A DNA stretch of 64,000 bases, from positions 3,148,260 through 3,212,259 of the forward strand of contig CAJINV010000003.1 of NCBI GenBank assembly GCA_905178155.1. Reading direction: 5' to 3'. Below are positions 22,556-34,830 of this stretch, piece by piece (position 1 is the stretch's first letter; every line of letters starts with the position of its first letter). The notes under the pieces were generated by a model. The model had not been told where the DNA came from, searched no databases, and worked only from the letters and a program-made list of their open reading frames with translations. Position numbers and translations under genes: made by a program. The stretch is from Amoebophrya sp. A120. Its lineage: Eukaryota > Protista > Dinoflagellata.

Positions 22556-25500
22556 ATGAGCACAACTACGCCGGCTGCTAAACCGCCCGCAGGTGCCGTC
22601 ACGAAGCTGGTTTCAGCCATGATGGGCACGAGTAAAAAGAACAGTGGCGACCCCCTGACCGCCAGTGGCGGGGGGGCGGACGGCGGTGGAGGGGATATCA
22701 ATGCCAACACTGCGGACAGTATGGTGGATGTTGAAATCGCGCCGGGCGAGCACGCGCTGCGCCGTATGGGCACGAAGGACGTGAAGCGCGAGCAGGAAGC
22801 TGATAAAATGATGGAACGGGTCCTGATCGAGAAGAAGGTGCTGCAGGTGGCCAAGGACCGCATGGTGGAGCGGCTGGTGCTGGAACAAACCATGGAGGAG
22901 GAGTTTATCCGGTGCGTGCTCTTCTTCGTGGGGTTCATGTCGTTTTTGATGATGCTGTACACCGCCTACCCGGCGGACGCATTATTACCCGTGCACGAAA
23001 CCATCTCCAACGCGTACAATTTAGGCGACATTTCCGACGTGGCTACGTTGGACGACGTGAAGGAGTTTTTGGCCACCATGGCGAGGCAGAGTCGGTATTT
23101 TTCGCCCGGGTCAAGGGACTACGTGTCCGACCCGCTGGGGCGGGCCTATTTGCCGGAAGTGGTAAGAACCCCGCCGTTCTACCACGTGCGCGACGACAAC
23201 CAGCCAAAATTGACGAAAGAGTTCACTTTGACCGTGTGGCTGAAGACCTCCGTCCGGTACGAAACCATCATCACGAAGCGGAAAACCTCCGACGTCGGTG
23301 GGGGGTCGAAAACGTGCTACGACTTCAGCTTGGAAAACGTGCGGTACGGGCAGCACGAGACCGCGTCCTCCTCCATGGTGATCAACCCCTCCGCAGCGTC
23401 GATCTACAAAACCGTGGACCAGCAGACGGAGTGGCGCCGGAGCACGCTGAAGTCGGAAATGGAGGACGGGCAGTGGCACCATTTGGCAATTATCGTGAAC
23501 CAAACGCATTTGGTTTATGCCCACGACGTATCAACTGCAAAAATGTCTGGGTCTGGAAACTTGTAATGCTGCGTTGGGAACAGTGAATGCTCTGTCATGC
23601 ACCATCAAGCATGAGAAATATCTGCGCTTCTTTGTGTTGCGTTTTTCGCATGACAAACTGCGTTTTTGTATGACAGGCAAAAGGGTCTCTTGTTGGACAC
23701 GCATCGCAAACTTTTTGGTCATGCCAGACACGCATGACAAGTCTCGCACTCTTCCAGACCCAGACATTTTTGCAGTTGATACGACGCGGTGCTGCAGGCC
23801 GCGGTGAGTCTACCGCGCCCGATCACAGACTGCCTCGGGGGGCATATCCCAAGTAAAAACGTCCCCACCCCATAGTTGTCATGCAGATTTGCAATGACAA
23901 ACAAACTTGTGATGCGCATCCCCATGAAAGGCATTTGCAATCGTGTTTTGAAATTTGTGATGCTGTAAACAGGATGAGCAGCTGGGTTTGTAATGCGGGT
24001 GACCTTGCTAACCTGCACTACACTACAGACGGCAAATTGTCATGCACTACAGCCAAAACTTCTGGATTTGTGTTGCGAGATCCCCATCTTGACTCTGGGG
24101 TGGGGACGTTTTTACACAGGATAGGGCACGTGGTGCTGGGCAGTGAGAAGACGGCCGGCGAACTGGTCTCCTTCCGCTGGTTTCCGCGGGTACTCACGGC
24201 GTCGGAGCTCGGGGACGCCAAGTCTGCGGGGAAACCCTTGGAGGATCTGCTGGCCTCGTCCGGGGCGGAGGCACTGATTCCGTCGGATGTGCAGGTGGTG
24301 CAGAACCAGCTGGGCGGGCTCGGCGCGACCTCCACACGGCAGCACAACAGTCTCATGCTGGAGGCCACGAACAACACGCGAAAGCTAAGTATCAATCTAT
24401 TGTTGCATAAAGAACAAAATCCTGGTGCCTTTTTTTACATCTGACGCTTCCTTGTTGTGAAAAAAGCAAGGGAAGATTTTATTTCGAGTTGTTTGGGATT
24501 GCTATGTGTCGTGAGTGTTGTAGTGACAAGAAGTGCATTGGCTTTGTCCCTCGAGTTGTGCAACATCTGTAGCTAGAGTTCTTCATTGTTCTGATTCACA
24601 GGTAGCTTGTTGCTGAACACCCTTGCTTCATCCTCGAGCACCTCTGCGTCGACCACACGCAGAAGGCGTTTGCAGGAGGAGGAAGAGGCAAGACGGAGGC
24701 TGCTCGCGGGCACCCCGATACCCGAGAGCCAGAAGAAAAGGAACAAGCACCTGCGGTATGGGGTCCATGGCAACCGCGAACTCGCGGAGTACCGCTTTGT
24801 CGACGGAGGACATCAAGTGGCCACAGTGGCAAAGCCAACAAGCCATCCAAGCCAACTTCACGAGCCGCAGCAACGTCGGCTAACCGCGCCCGACCCGAAC
24901 GCGGGGCAGAACCCTGGTCCGAGCAGCCCTGACCCAAACAACCCTGACCCAAACAACCAAAGTCCCGACCCGAATGCAAATCAAAGTCCCGACCCGAATG
25001 CAAAACAAAGTCCCGACCCGAATGCAAACCAAAGTCCCGACCCGAATGCAAATCAAAGTCCCGACCCATACCAGAGCAGCCCGGGGATGGCTGGCGCAAA
25101 GGAGGAAAGCGGGCCTCCAGTGATCATAAACGGGAACCTCCAGATTTCGCTGGGAATGGACCTCCCCGAGTCAGAAATGACGCCGGAGAGTACGTTTGCG
25201 CAAGGCGTCTGCACCGCTGCCGTGCAGGCACTGGTGCAGAACGCGGCAGACACGGCCACAGCGGCAACGCAACTCCAGTGCAAAGTGCAGTCCATGTATT
25301 CATTTTTTCGTATCATGTGCTCCTTTCTTGTTCCTACCTCTTCACGTGGTGATTTTCAAAGTGGCTCGAGGTGGTGGTCTCTCATCGTAAAAGATAAACT
25401 GGGGCACTATTTGCGGTAAAAATTTGTTGTTTAACGAACTGTCGCAGTCCCTGCACTGGATGAGCGCTATTTTTTCCGGACTCAACTACATTTCACTCTA

Positions 25501-28500
25501 ATACAGCGAAGCGGCACGACGCCGGGAACTGGCTGCAGACGACGCGGTGGACGCCTCTGCGGACACTCAAATTGCTGAAAAACTCCGTAGACTGGCGATG
25601 AATATCGTGGTCACGTACCAGATTAACGTGCCTGGCTCTCTAACCCCGACGGTGATGCCAAGCGTCGACCCCGCAATGTTTGACAGCTCCTTTTCCTCGG
25701 CGCTCGCAACGGCCACAGGGTACACCGTGTCCAGCCTGGTCTCGGAGAACCAGCCCCAGCAGCAGTCCGCGCCCCAGGCCATGGTGGACTTTTCGGCTTT
25801 TTTCTCCAGTCTGGACTTCAGCCAGGAGTCCACGTGCGGGAACACGAACACCACCTGGTGCTTGAGACACATCGAGGGCGTGATGGGCATGCAGGTGGTG
25901 TTTCCCGACCTGGCCGAGGCGGTTGCCTCGCTGCAGGCGAGTTTGGCGGCCGGCATTCCGCAGCCGACCTACATGCCCTTTTGCGACGACTACATCATCA
26001 GCGACAGCGACACCCGCCTGGTGAACGCCGCGGACTGTTTGGCGCTGTTGCAGCAATTTGCCTACCCGCTCATGACATGCTACATGACGCGGGGCGTCAC
26101 GATGGTGGTGGACAACCCGGATAAGCTGACGGACTGGATTATATTCCGGTCCGTGAGCGACAACGACAAGCTGGCGAATCCCCACGGGCCGCCGAAGTAC
26201 AATTGCGAGCAGGACGTGGCCGCGGCAAGCGGGCTGTCGATCACTGACCTGTCCTGGTCCAACACGTACAACGGGTTCGACAAGTGGTTCGTCGGCGCGT
26301 TCCGGCGCGCGGAAAACCTGGCGTGCAAGTCGGGCGTCGCGCAGGTGTTGACGGACTGCCAGCGGCTGTGCGCGCAGTGCGGCGTGCAGTACTCACCGGT
26401 GGTGTCCCAGGTGCTCGACGCCGTCCAGGAGTGCGCCGACGCCGCGGGCTACACCGACTGGCAGGGCAACGGGTGCGCGTGGTACCACAAAAACGACCCC
26501 ACCTGCACGCTGTACGCGGACACCGCGACCAGGTATCAAATGCAAATATGTCTGGGTCTGGAAGGATGCAACTTGTGATGCTACCTTTGGACTCTACATA
26601 AAATCTGTATTGCATCAACAGCAAAAGTGGCACAATTTGCGCTACGCGGAGAGGGCATTTCTCATGCTGTATGAGCATCAAAAAGCTCTCGCAGAATCTC
26701 TGACGCTAGGGCATGCATCACAGACCTCATGGGTCATGCAAAATCTGCGTGAGAAACCCCTGCGTTCGTCCAGAGGACCCAGACATATTCGCAATCCATA
26801 CCAGGGGCAACTGCACCATGACCTGCAACACCTGCGGAAAGACGCACCTGATGGTCAGCAAGTTCGACATCACCACCGACGAAAACATCGAGCCCAACGA
26901 ACTGAACGCGCTGCTCGTCTCCACAAGGAAGGAGTCCATGCGCGTCAGCTACCACGACCTCACCCGCGTCATCGGCTGGCTCTGCTGCTACGAAAAGCTG
27001 CCCACCGCATTCGTCGCCCAGAGTCCAGCCTGCCAAGGGCTGGCGATGGGTATATTCATACAAGCATGATCGTGGTCTTGACTTGAAGATGGTGCCCCTC
27101 TGATCGTGGTTTTTACTTTTTTGTGCACTTGTTTCTGCATGCACATGCAGTTGCAGTCCCAGTCGTCCCCTGCCTTGAGATCGTTTTTGAATCTGAGCTA
27201 GTAGCTCGTGTCTATTCAATCCTTTCAGGTAAGTTTGACGACGGTGTTGCGTACAAGTTGCTGAAGACGATCGAGTTGACCTCGGCGAACGCACCCTGGT
27301 CAACCGCGAGCACGGCAAAGAAGAAGTGGACCGAGTGGGGGTTTGAGGCCATGATGAAGAAGTACATGCCGGAGTTTTTTTACGACAGCCAGTACCAGGA
27401 CTGGAAGTTGGAGGTTTTGGTCGACACCATCTGGAAGGAGGAGTGCGTGAACGTGTACAGCGACCGGCAGAAGATGGCGCTGCCTTTGCTGACCAACCCC
27501 ACGAGTCCGCTGAACATGCCGCTGCTGGATTGTTTAACAGTTTTCGAGTCGTCCATGACCCCGCGGGCCAGTTTGATGCTGGGCCGGGCGAGCGACTCCG
27601 AGGTGGTCTACGGGTTCGCCTCGGACATGTCCACCACCCAGATGAAGAACGCGAACCTGGAGCGCAGCTGGCTTACCTTCGACCAGTGCTCGACGCACGC
27701 AAATTGCACGTCCGTCTTCCCCTACGCCTGCCAGTACGTGGAGGACAGCAACAACCCGTTTGAGCTGTACCGCCCTGCGTGGAAGGACGGCACCGGGTAC
27801 GCAAATGGTGCTACGTGCGACCCCTACTCCACCACAAAAAGACAGCCGATGTACTGCGCGAAGCGGTGTTTGACCGGCGGCTGCGGCGCCACGTCCGACG
27901 TGGTCTGGGGCGCGCAGGCACCCGCGAACTTCGGCTACTGCCAGCCCTGCAACGGGTGTTTGACCACCGAGACCTTCGACGGCAGCGCGTGTCCGAGCCA
28001 CTGCCGCACTGGCATGCCGGCGACGGTTACTCTCGCGGCGGGGGAGTTCACGGTGGAGGAGAATCCGAACGCCATCGGGGGGTTCACACTGGACGCGTGG
28101 GTGAAGATGTTCAACTACCAGTTCGTGCTGAAAAAAACCAAAACGGTGTCGGGTCTGTACCCGAACCACCGGTGGATGGGGTACGAGGTGTCGGAGGTTG
28201 CGGTCGCGAACGTGGACAAGTACTTTCCCGCGGCCTGCCGCGAATTCGACGGCGTCTACGCCAGCACGAGTGGGGCCTTCGACTGGCGCAACGTGCAGAT
28301 GTTCCAGGCGCTGGAGCATAAAATCAACAAGCACCAGCTGGTGATCTCGGTGGAGTTCGCCGTTTCCCAGTCGACCACCCCGCTCTGGATCCTGCACGTT
28401 TCCTCCTCGTCCGGCGTCGCGCGAAATCCCGAGTGCTACGGCCACTTCGGCGGCACTTCGGCGAAGGTTGTTTTTGGTTACAAGCACAGCACGTCGCACG

Positions 28501-31500
28501 GCCCCTTCAGTACCGGAATCGCCGCCCCCGTGCAGCAGCAGCGCTCTGCGTCTAACGTGCTGTTTTTCCCAGCAAAAACACCCGCGGCGACCGGGTCGAC
28601 GACCGAAGTCGGCGCGGGCATCAGCTCCCTCCAGACGGCGTATGCAAGCGACATCAGCATCCAGCCGCACAAGGGCGAACTGGCGTGCTTCCGCTTGGAC
28701 TACAACCAGTTCTGCTTCCGGCAGAAGTGGTGGGAGGCCACGTGGACGTGCGTGTCGAACCCGTACGCCGGCCAGCTGCTCGGGGACGAGGACTGGCACC
28801 ACTACGTCGTGGTGAAGCGGAGTTCCATGAGCTACAAGAAGGCCAACGCGGACGGCGCACTGCACGACGTGGCCCGGACCGACAGTCTGGAGGTGTTCGT
28901 GGACGGGCAGGTGGCCTCGTCGCTGCCCGGACTCGAAGCCGGCACCAATCCGGTCCCGAAGTGGGGCGCGGTGGACTGCGGGGGCGTGATGATGAGCATA
29001 TCAAATGTAGTAAAAATGTCTGGGTCTGGAAGAGTGCAAACTTGTGATGCGCATTTCACAACACATAAAAATCTCTCATGCATAGGCAGCAAAAGGTACC
29101 CACTTTCTGTCACCAAAATCGGGCATTTGTGATGCAGATTCGGCATTGCGGAAGCTTCTCCAAACCTGTGACGCTAGAGCTTCCATGCCAGACCTTGCGT
29201 GTCATGCAAAAGCAGCATGACTCTTCCAGACCCAGACATTTTTGCATTTGATAGAGCACGAGCCTGATCAACTCGCCCACCATGGACGGCGCTAATGCCT
29301 TGGTGTACCAGAATATCGCCTGGAATCAGGCCGACGTGGAGTACGCCACGACCGGCAACACCACCGCGGGGGTGGCCGCGGATGTCACGGTGCGCACGTT
29401 CCGCGAGGACATGGGCAAAATGTTCCCGATGACCGGGACGCTGCCTTTAGGTGGAAACATGACCATCACCGCCTTCACCTTCCCGGCCGTCGAGGTTCCG
29501 CGGAGCGGGTACGTGTGGAGCGCGAAGCTGGTGCTGTGCGCGGCGGATTTATTGGCCAACCTGCGGTACTGGCAGATCGGGTGCACCAGCACCACGGAGA
29601 AGGCCGCGAAGGAAAGGGTGGAGCTGGAGATTTTCGCGGTCGCCGCGTCCGTGATAAGTTTGGACGACACGCAGAAGGTGTCGGATCCCTGCTACTACCA
29701 CAACCTGGCTCGAGGGACGAAAAAGGTCACGATGACCGTGCAAGGAGCTTTATGGCGGGAGAAGGCGGTGTTCCACCAGCCCAACGGCACCCGGAGTGCG
29801 AACTTCGTGCCGCGGTGGAACCCGGCGCTGGACTGCCAAGAGCAGTCGGTGGACATCATATTACAGTGAAAAATGCCCCCACCCCCAAAGTTGCAATAAT
29901 TTGCGATGCGAAGTTTCCAACTGAAAACTTTTTGTCATGCATGAAAGGAGCACGAATCTTTCTGATGCAGAGTCTCGGCGTTTATAGCATCGCTTGCATG
30001 ACGATGACAGGCGCCGCATCTGCTGGGATCTTTTGCAATACAAATCTTTGCTATTCAGGATTGAAAACCTGTGATGCTGATAGATGCAAGAGGGCGAGTG
30101 CTTCATTTGGAAGGGTTTGCAATGCAAATGCTGTCAAGTTCTGGGTTGGGGGCATTTTTCATTGTAATGCATCAAAGAAGTGATCGACGAGATCACGAGC
30201 GACCCGGGTTGGACGTGGGGCCGGCAAATGACTTTACTAGTTGCGGAGAAGGGCATGATTGACCAGACCTGTTCGGCGAGCCTGATGAGCCAGGAGGTGG
30301 TGACCGGCGCGGACATGGTGACGGCGTTGCAAAAGGCCTCGGTGAGCCCCTGCAAGACCATTGAGGACATCAAGAACAAGCTGAACGACCATTTTCCGCT
30401 CTGGGTGGCACCCTTCGAGGACGCTTCGAACCAGGACATGACGCCGGCGATGCTGAACGTGGAGTGGTGTCTGAACAAGGAGTGCACTAGTCCCCACTTC
30501 AACGGCGCGGGTGCGGACGTGAAGTTTGGGGGCACCTCGGCCACGGCCACCACCACGCCACCGCCGACGACCCCACCACCGCCCATGGGTGGTGGTCCCG
30601 GGGGGGGCCCAGGCGGTCCTCCACCCCCCATGCCGAGGCGGAGTTTGGGGGAGCGAGATCATGATGAGTACGACGACCATAGTGCCCCACCTCGCGTTTT
30701 CTCGTCACCGCACGAGGCGTACGCTCTGCGCCGGCCCGACGACGAGTGGCCGCCAAGAAGTCAGGTGATGTTCGTGCCGGAGAACGTCGTAGACCACGAC
30801 GACTTTGTCCGGGATCAAGCGCACCGGAGAACCGAGGAAGAGCAGGAGATTGGGTATAATCAAGGCCGCTCCGTTGCCGCTCACGCAAGGGCTGCGGCCT
30901 CGCTCGCGAGCGAGAAGATAGAGCAGATGAGCGCGTTGGCGCGACCAGAAGGACAGCTGCCGGCCTTGCGGAAGGCCAATGTGCGCACAACGAACGGAAT
31001 CACGCATCATCCCGATACACGGGTTTTAGAAGACGCGGCTCGACGTGAAACGTCCGATAATTACAGTGTTGTCGACAGTTTTTTTAGAAGCCCTGAAGAT
31101 CTTTCGCCGGGGGTAGCGATAGAAGCAATTGGGAACAGCGGTAAACGACCTCGAAACATTTTCGAAGAATTGAACTTAGCAACCAGTGGGTACTACGACC
31201 AGGCTACTTCCGTCGAAAAGAATGCAGGTTCTGTGCCCGCAGCCGTTCCAGTTGTGCTGCCAGCTCATCATGAAGACACTTTTTACGGGCCAACGGGGGC
31301 GTTGTCGGCTTGGGATCATGAAAGAGTGACTTCTTCGGAAAGTAGTACATCATCAATCTCCGCCGGTGCAGCTGCACAACTACTTGCGGCCGATATTTCT
31401 CCAGTGCAGCGTCAGCTGACTTCGAACGGCACCAGTGCCACGAGCGCTACGCTTCTCGGTGTCCGCCCTGCGACGAGCGCGGTGACGTCCGGAACGCTGC

Positions 31501-34141
31501 AGCTCGCGGGGCTCCCGCGCGACGGCAAAATGTACGGTCTGAAGTTCACGAACCGGGCCATGAAATCGTCCGAGGTGCAGTTCAACTTCTACAAGGACCG
31601 CGACACGGTGAACCAGCTGGCCGGGCCGGTGGACGTGATCCTGCCGGTCGAAGGCAACGACGACGCCACGCTGGAAATCGACCAGTTCCCGCAGGAGGTG
31701 GTCTCGATTGTGCCGCCGGTTTTGTTGCAGTCCCGCACCGACTTCAAGCCGTGCACCGAACAGGTGCCCGGGCTGGCGCGGAACCTCCTCGCCTACTTCG
31801 AGGCGCAGGTGGAGCAAAAGTGCTCCCGGACCTACAACTGCGACTACCCGCAGGACTCCTCGCGCAGCGGCTTCGCCTGCATCGATCGCGAGGACGACAA
31901 CTTGTCCACCGGGCGGTGGTTCAGCCGCGAGTCGTTGGAGGCGGAGGGGTTGATGATCCAGGGGTCCGTGTTCCCGGAGTTTTTGGACACGCTGACCATC
32001 CCGACGGTGTACAAGGACCGGCAAATTTTGTCCTCCGACTCCTACATCGACATGCGCACCAAGGAGGTCTCCGTGATCAACGTGTTTCTGAATTCCAAAC
32101 TCCGCAGCGGCACGATCTTGGAGGTGAATTTCAAGTACGGCGGCCCGGGCAAGATCGAGGCTCAGTACAAGATGCTCTCCTCGAAGCAGATGGACCCGGA
32201 CACGCAGGCGACGTGGAGTGTGTGGGTCACCCTCGTCTACACGCTCTCGATCCTGGACCTGTTCCTCCTTGCCCTGGGCACCATCCAGACCTACCGCGAG
32301 CGGCAGAAGTGGAAGCACAACATCGAGATGGACGGGGCGATCCCGTTGAACACGCCGGGCCGCGTGGACGTGTGGAAGCGGATCGACTACGGCCTGCGGT
32401 CCGAGCTGCCGCTCTGGTCCGGGTGGGACGTGTTCGACGTGGCGCTGCGGATCTTTAACCTGATCTTCACCGTGAACCACTACAACCACTACTACTCCCC
32501 GAAGCTGGGCGTGGCGGGTGTGGAACGAGGCGAGTTCGAGGAGCTGCTGAACAAAATTCTCGTGGTCCCCTGGCCCAGCGCGACGCTGCGGTACGAGGAG
32601 AAAGTCACCATTTTCATGCAGCAGCTGGCCAACTTCGCGGTAATGCTGGACCAGGACTCCGCGATCCGCACCACGGGGTATCTGCTGGTTCTGCTTATGT
32701 TCTTCCGCATCGTGGCCTACCTGCGCGTGCACCCCCGCATCGCGGTGCTGTACAAAACCATCGAGGTGGCGCTGGATGATTTGTTCCACTTCTTCATCGT
32801 CTTCGGCCTCCTCTACGCGGTGCTGGCCTTCATCGGGGTCTGGATGTTCGGGGCGATCAATCCGAAATTCGCATCCTTTATGGACAGTTTCATCACGCAG
32901 TTCGAGATGCTGATGGGCGAGTACCCCTGGCCGGAGTCCACGCTGGACCAAAACTTCGGGCTGTTCTTTTCCTACCTGAACATCTACTCGCTCGTCGTGT
33001 TTTTTATCCTTCTCAACTTCCTGCTCGCCATCATCGTCGACTCCTACGCGAGTGTGAAAGAGATGGTGAACACCTGCGAGGTGGAGTGCAACATTTTGAC
33101 CGACATCGTCGCGTTGCTCTGCTATCCCTACATGCGGGTGGTGTACCAGTGGCCGGAGCGCGGCGAGCTGATCCGCAAATTACTCGCTTTAGACGTGAAC
33201 TTCGACTTCATCAACGACGAGGAGGAGGAGGAGGACAGCGTCGCGGTGACGGAATCTGCTTTAGTCCGCGGCAAGGTGTTCCCGAGCGCGGTGCGCGCGC
33301 GCCAGTTTCTCAACTACTACCTCTTCCTCGCCCCGGCCCTGGACGTGGACCGGGAGGAGGACGCCGGGGCGCTGGAGCACCAGCGGAAGCTGCGGGCTTT
33401 GCGGAACCTCGACATCCTGCGCGAACGCCTCCTGGAGGCCGCGCTGAACAGCGGGCTGATCGAGCTCTACCGGCCGCCGCCGTCCAAGCCGCCACTGGGG
33501 TCACAGTTGGAAACTTTGAAGTCCGAAGTGACGAACCAACTCGACGAAATATTACAGTGAAAAATGCCCCCCACCCCTGAAATTGCAAAAATTTGTGACG
33601 CGAAGTTTGCAAATGAAAACTTTTTGTCATGCATAAAAGGAGTATGAATCTTTCTGATGCAGAGTCCAGGCGTGTATCGCATCGCTTGCATGGCAAGCGC
33701 CGCTCTTGCTGGGGTCTTTTGCAATACAAGTTTATTCTATTCACGACTGGAAACCTGTGATGCTGATAGATGCAAGAGGGCGACTGCTTCATTTGGAAAG
33801 GTTTGCAATACAAATGCTCCCAAGTTCGGGGGTGGGGGCATTTTTCATTGTAATACGAAATGTCGAAGGAAGCAACCTTGATGGAGACTAAGCTGAAGAA
33901 ACTCGAGGACGGCGGCTCGCTGGCCGTGCAGGATGAGACGCAAAAGCGAAACGAACTCATCAAGAAGGCGGTGGTGGGCGTGGCGAAACTGCACACCGAC
34001 GATGAGCAGAAGGAAGCCGCGGACAAGATTTTCGGGCACTTCCTGAAACCCGGACCAGAAGCCATGAAGGCGAGTCTCGCGGCGCTCAAAAAGGGGACGG
34101 GAAGAACGTCGCAAAAGGAAGACAAAGTAAACGAAGTCTGA
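22556..34141 (+). CDS. Giant polycystin-2/TRPP-like cation channel (~3,093 aa) with LamG-like, Cys-rich/ShK-like and EF-hand-like modules in the S1-S2 ectodomain
   Basis: Exons 22556-23528, 23787-23844, 24129-24388, 24602-25295, 25507-26533, 26806-27049, 27229-28998, 29259-29858, 30175-33549, 33861-34141 sum to 9,282 nt, in frame. S1 EEEFIRCVLFFVGF; TOP-domain end YIDMRTKEVSVINVFLN..EVNFKYGGPGKI; S4-S6 FRIVAYLRVHPRIAVLYKTIEVALDDL, WMFG, FEMLMGEY, FFILLNFLLAIIVDSYASVKE. Confidence 0.85.
23529..23781 (+). mobile_element. Introner (family B), perfect 30-bp TIR, TSD CGACG
   Basis: TATCAACTGCAAAAATGTCTGGGTCTGGAA...TTCCAGACCCAGACATTTTTGCAGTTGATA. Removal gives YAHD|AVLQAAV. Confidence 0.95.
23845..24123 (+). 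mobile_element. Introner (family A), TSD GGGCA
   Basis: TATCCCAAGTAAAAACGTCCCCACCCCA...TGGGGTGGGGACGTTTTTACACAGGATA. Removal gives CLGGH|VVLGSEK. Confidence 0.95.
24958..25068 (+). repeat. Coding 24-bp tandem repeat (QSPDPNAN x ~4.6), preceded by degenerate PDPN units from ~24889
   Basis: CAAAGTCCCGACCCGAATGCAAA(T/A/C) units at 24958, 24982, 25006, 25030 and a partial unit at 25054. Confidence 0.9.
26534..26800 (+). mobile_element. Introner (family B-like, diverged right end), TSD CCAGG
   Basis: TATCAAATGCAAATATGTCTGGGTC...GACCCAGACATATTCGCAATCCATA. Removal gives DTATR|GNCTMTCNTC. Confidence 0.9.
28999..29253 (+). mobile_element. Introner (family B), TSD GAGCA
   Basis: TATCAAATGTAGTAAAAATGTCTGGGTCTGGAAGAG...CTCTTCCAGACCCAGACATTTTTGCATTTGATA. 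Closely similar to 52051-52307. Removal gives VMMS|TSLINSPTM. Confidence 0.95.
29859..30169 (+). mobile_element. Introner (family C), TSD CATCA
   Basis: TATTACAGTGAAAAATGCCCCCACCCC...GGGTTGGGGGCATTTTTCATTGTAATG. Homologous to 33550-33855. Removal gives SVDI|KEVIDEI. Confidence 0.95.
33550..33855 (+). mobile_element. Introner (family C), TSD CGAAA
   Basis: TATTACAGTGAAAAATGCCCCCCACCCC...GGGGGTGGGGGCATTTTTCATTGTAATA. Removal gives QLDE|MSKEATL. Confidence 0.95.
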
Positions 34142-34830
34142 GAGGATGAATGCTTTTGCTTGGTTTTCAGCCAAAATTATTTTTTCCAGGAACCAGCCTT
34201 AGCCTCGCTATATCGTAAAAAATGTGTCTTGCTGCAGAAAGAAGAATCTTAAAAAACCTTGTACACTTTTTGCTTTGAATACTTGCGCCACCAGCTGTCG
34301 CACCTCAATAAAAAGAAAGCATCTCACTTCATGGTCTATGAAGAAATTTTGTGTCACCCACCCTAAACTAGATGAATGAAAGAAACATCTGAACAGACAT
34401 GTGATACCGAAGTAGAATTACAAGTTCCGTATCACCGCTAGAGCATTTGTCCAAGAGAACGGGAAGAAAATGCTGATTACTTTGCTGAATGTCTAGAACA
34501 AGGCATCCGCTTGAAATTTTCTGCGAAATGCAACATTGCGGACTTCAATAGTGTCATTCTCGCACACCAATTCCTGAAGCTGGGATTTCCTACAAAGATG
34601 AGAATGAGTTGCTGCTGTTGCGGCTCATCTTCCGTTTTTCGTGGCCTCTGGGCACTAACCTGAAGAAAAATAAAAGTACAGCGGTTCAATAGTCAAGCCA
34701 AGCAGTGAAAGCCCGGCACAGCATCGGAAGCGACGTAGCTACAATTTCGAACGCCTCTAATCAGCAGCATGATCCAAAATAAATAGCTGACTAGTGATGG
34801 CATAGTTGCGTACACGTGACAAACTTCAAC

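Noticed and set aside
23517-24018. Recurrent short peptides such as KMSGSG, PDPDIF and KNVPTP in the ORF track
   Set aside because: They are translations of introner TIRs, not a protein family; no transposase ORF is present in the window.
24958-25068. CRISPR-like array
   Set aside because: The repeats are contiguous, coding and spacer-less, in a eukaryotic context.
31380-32951. Long minus-strand ORFs (523 aa here; also 27534-28865, 17677-18645, 20880-21800)
   Set aside because: They are antisense shadows of GC3-rich plus-strand genes and show no recognisable motifs.
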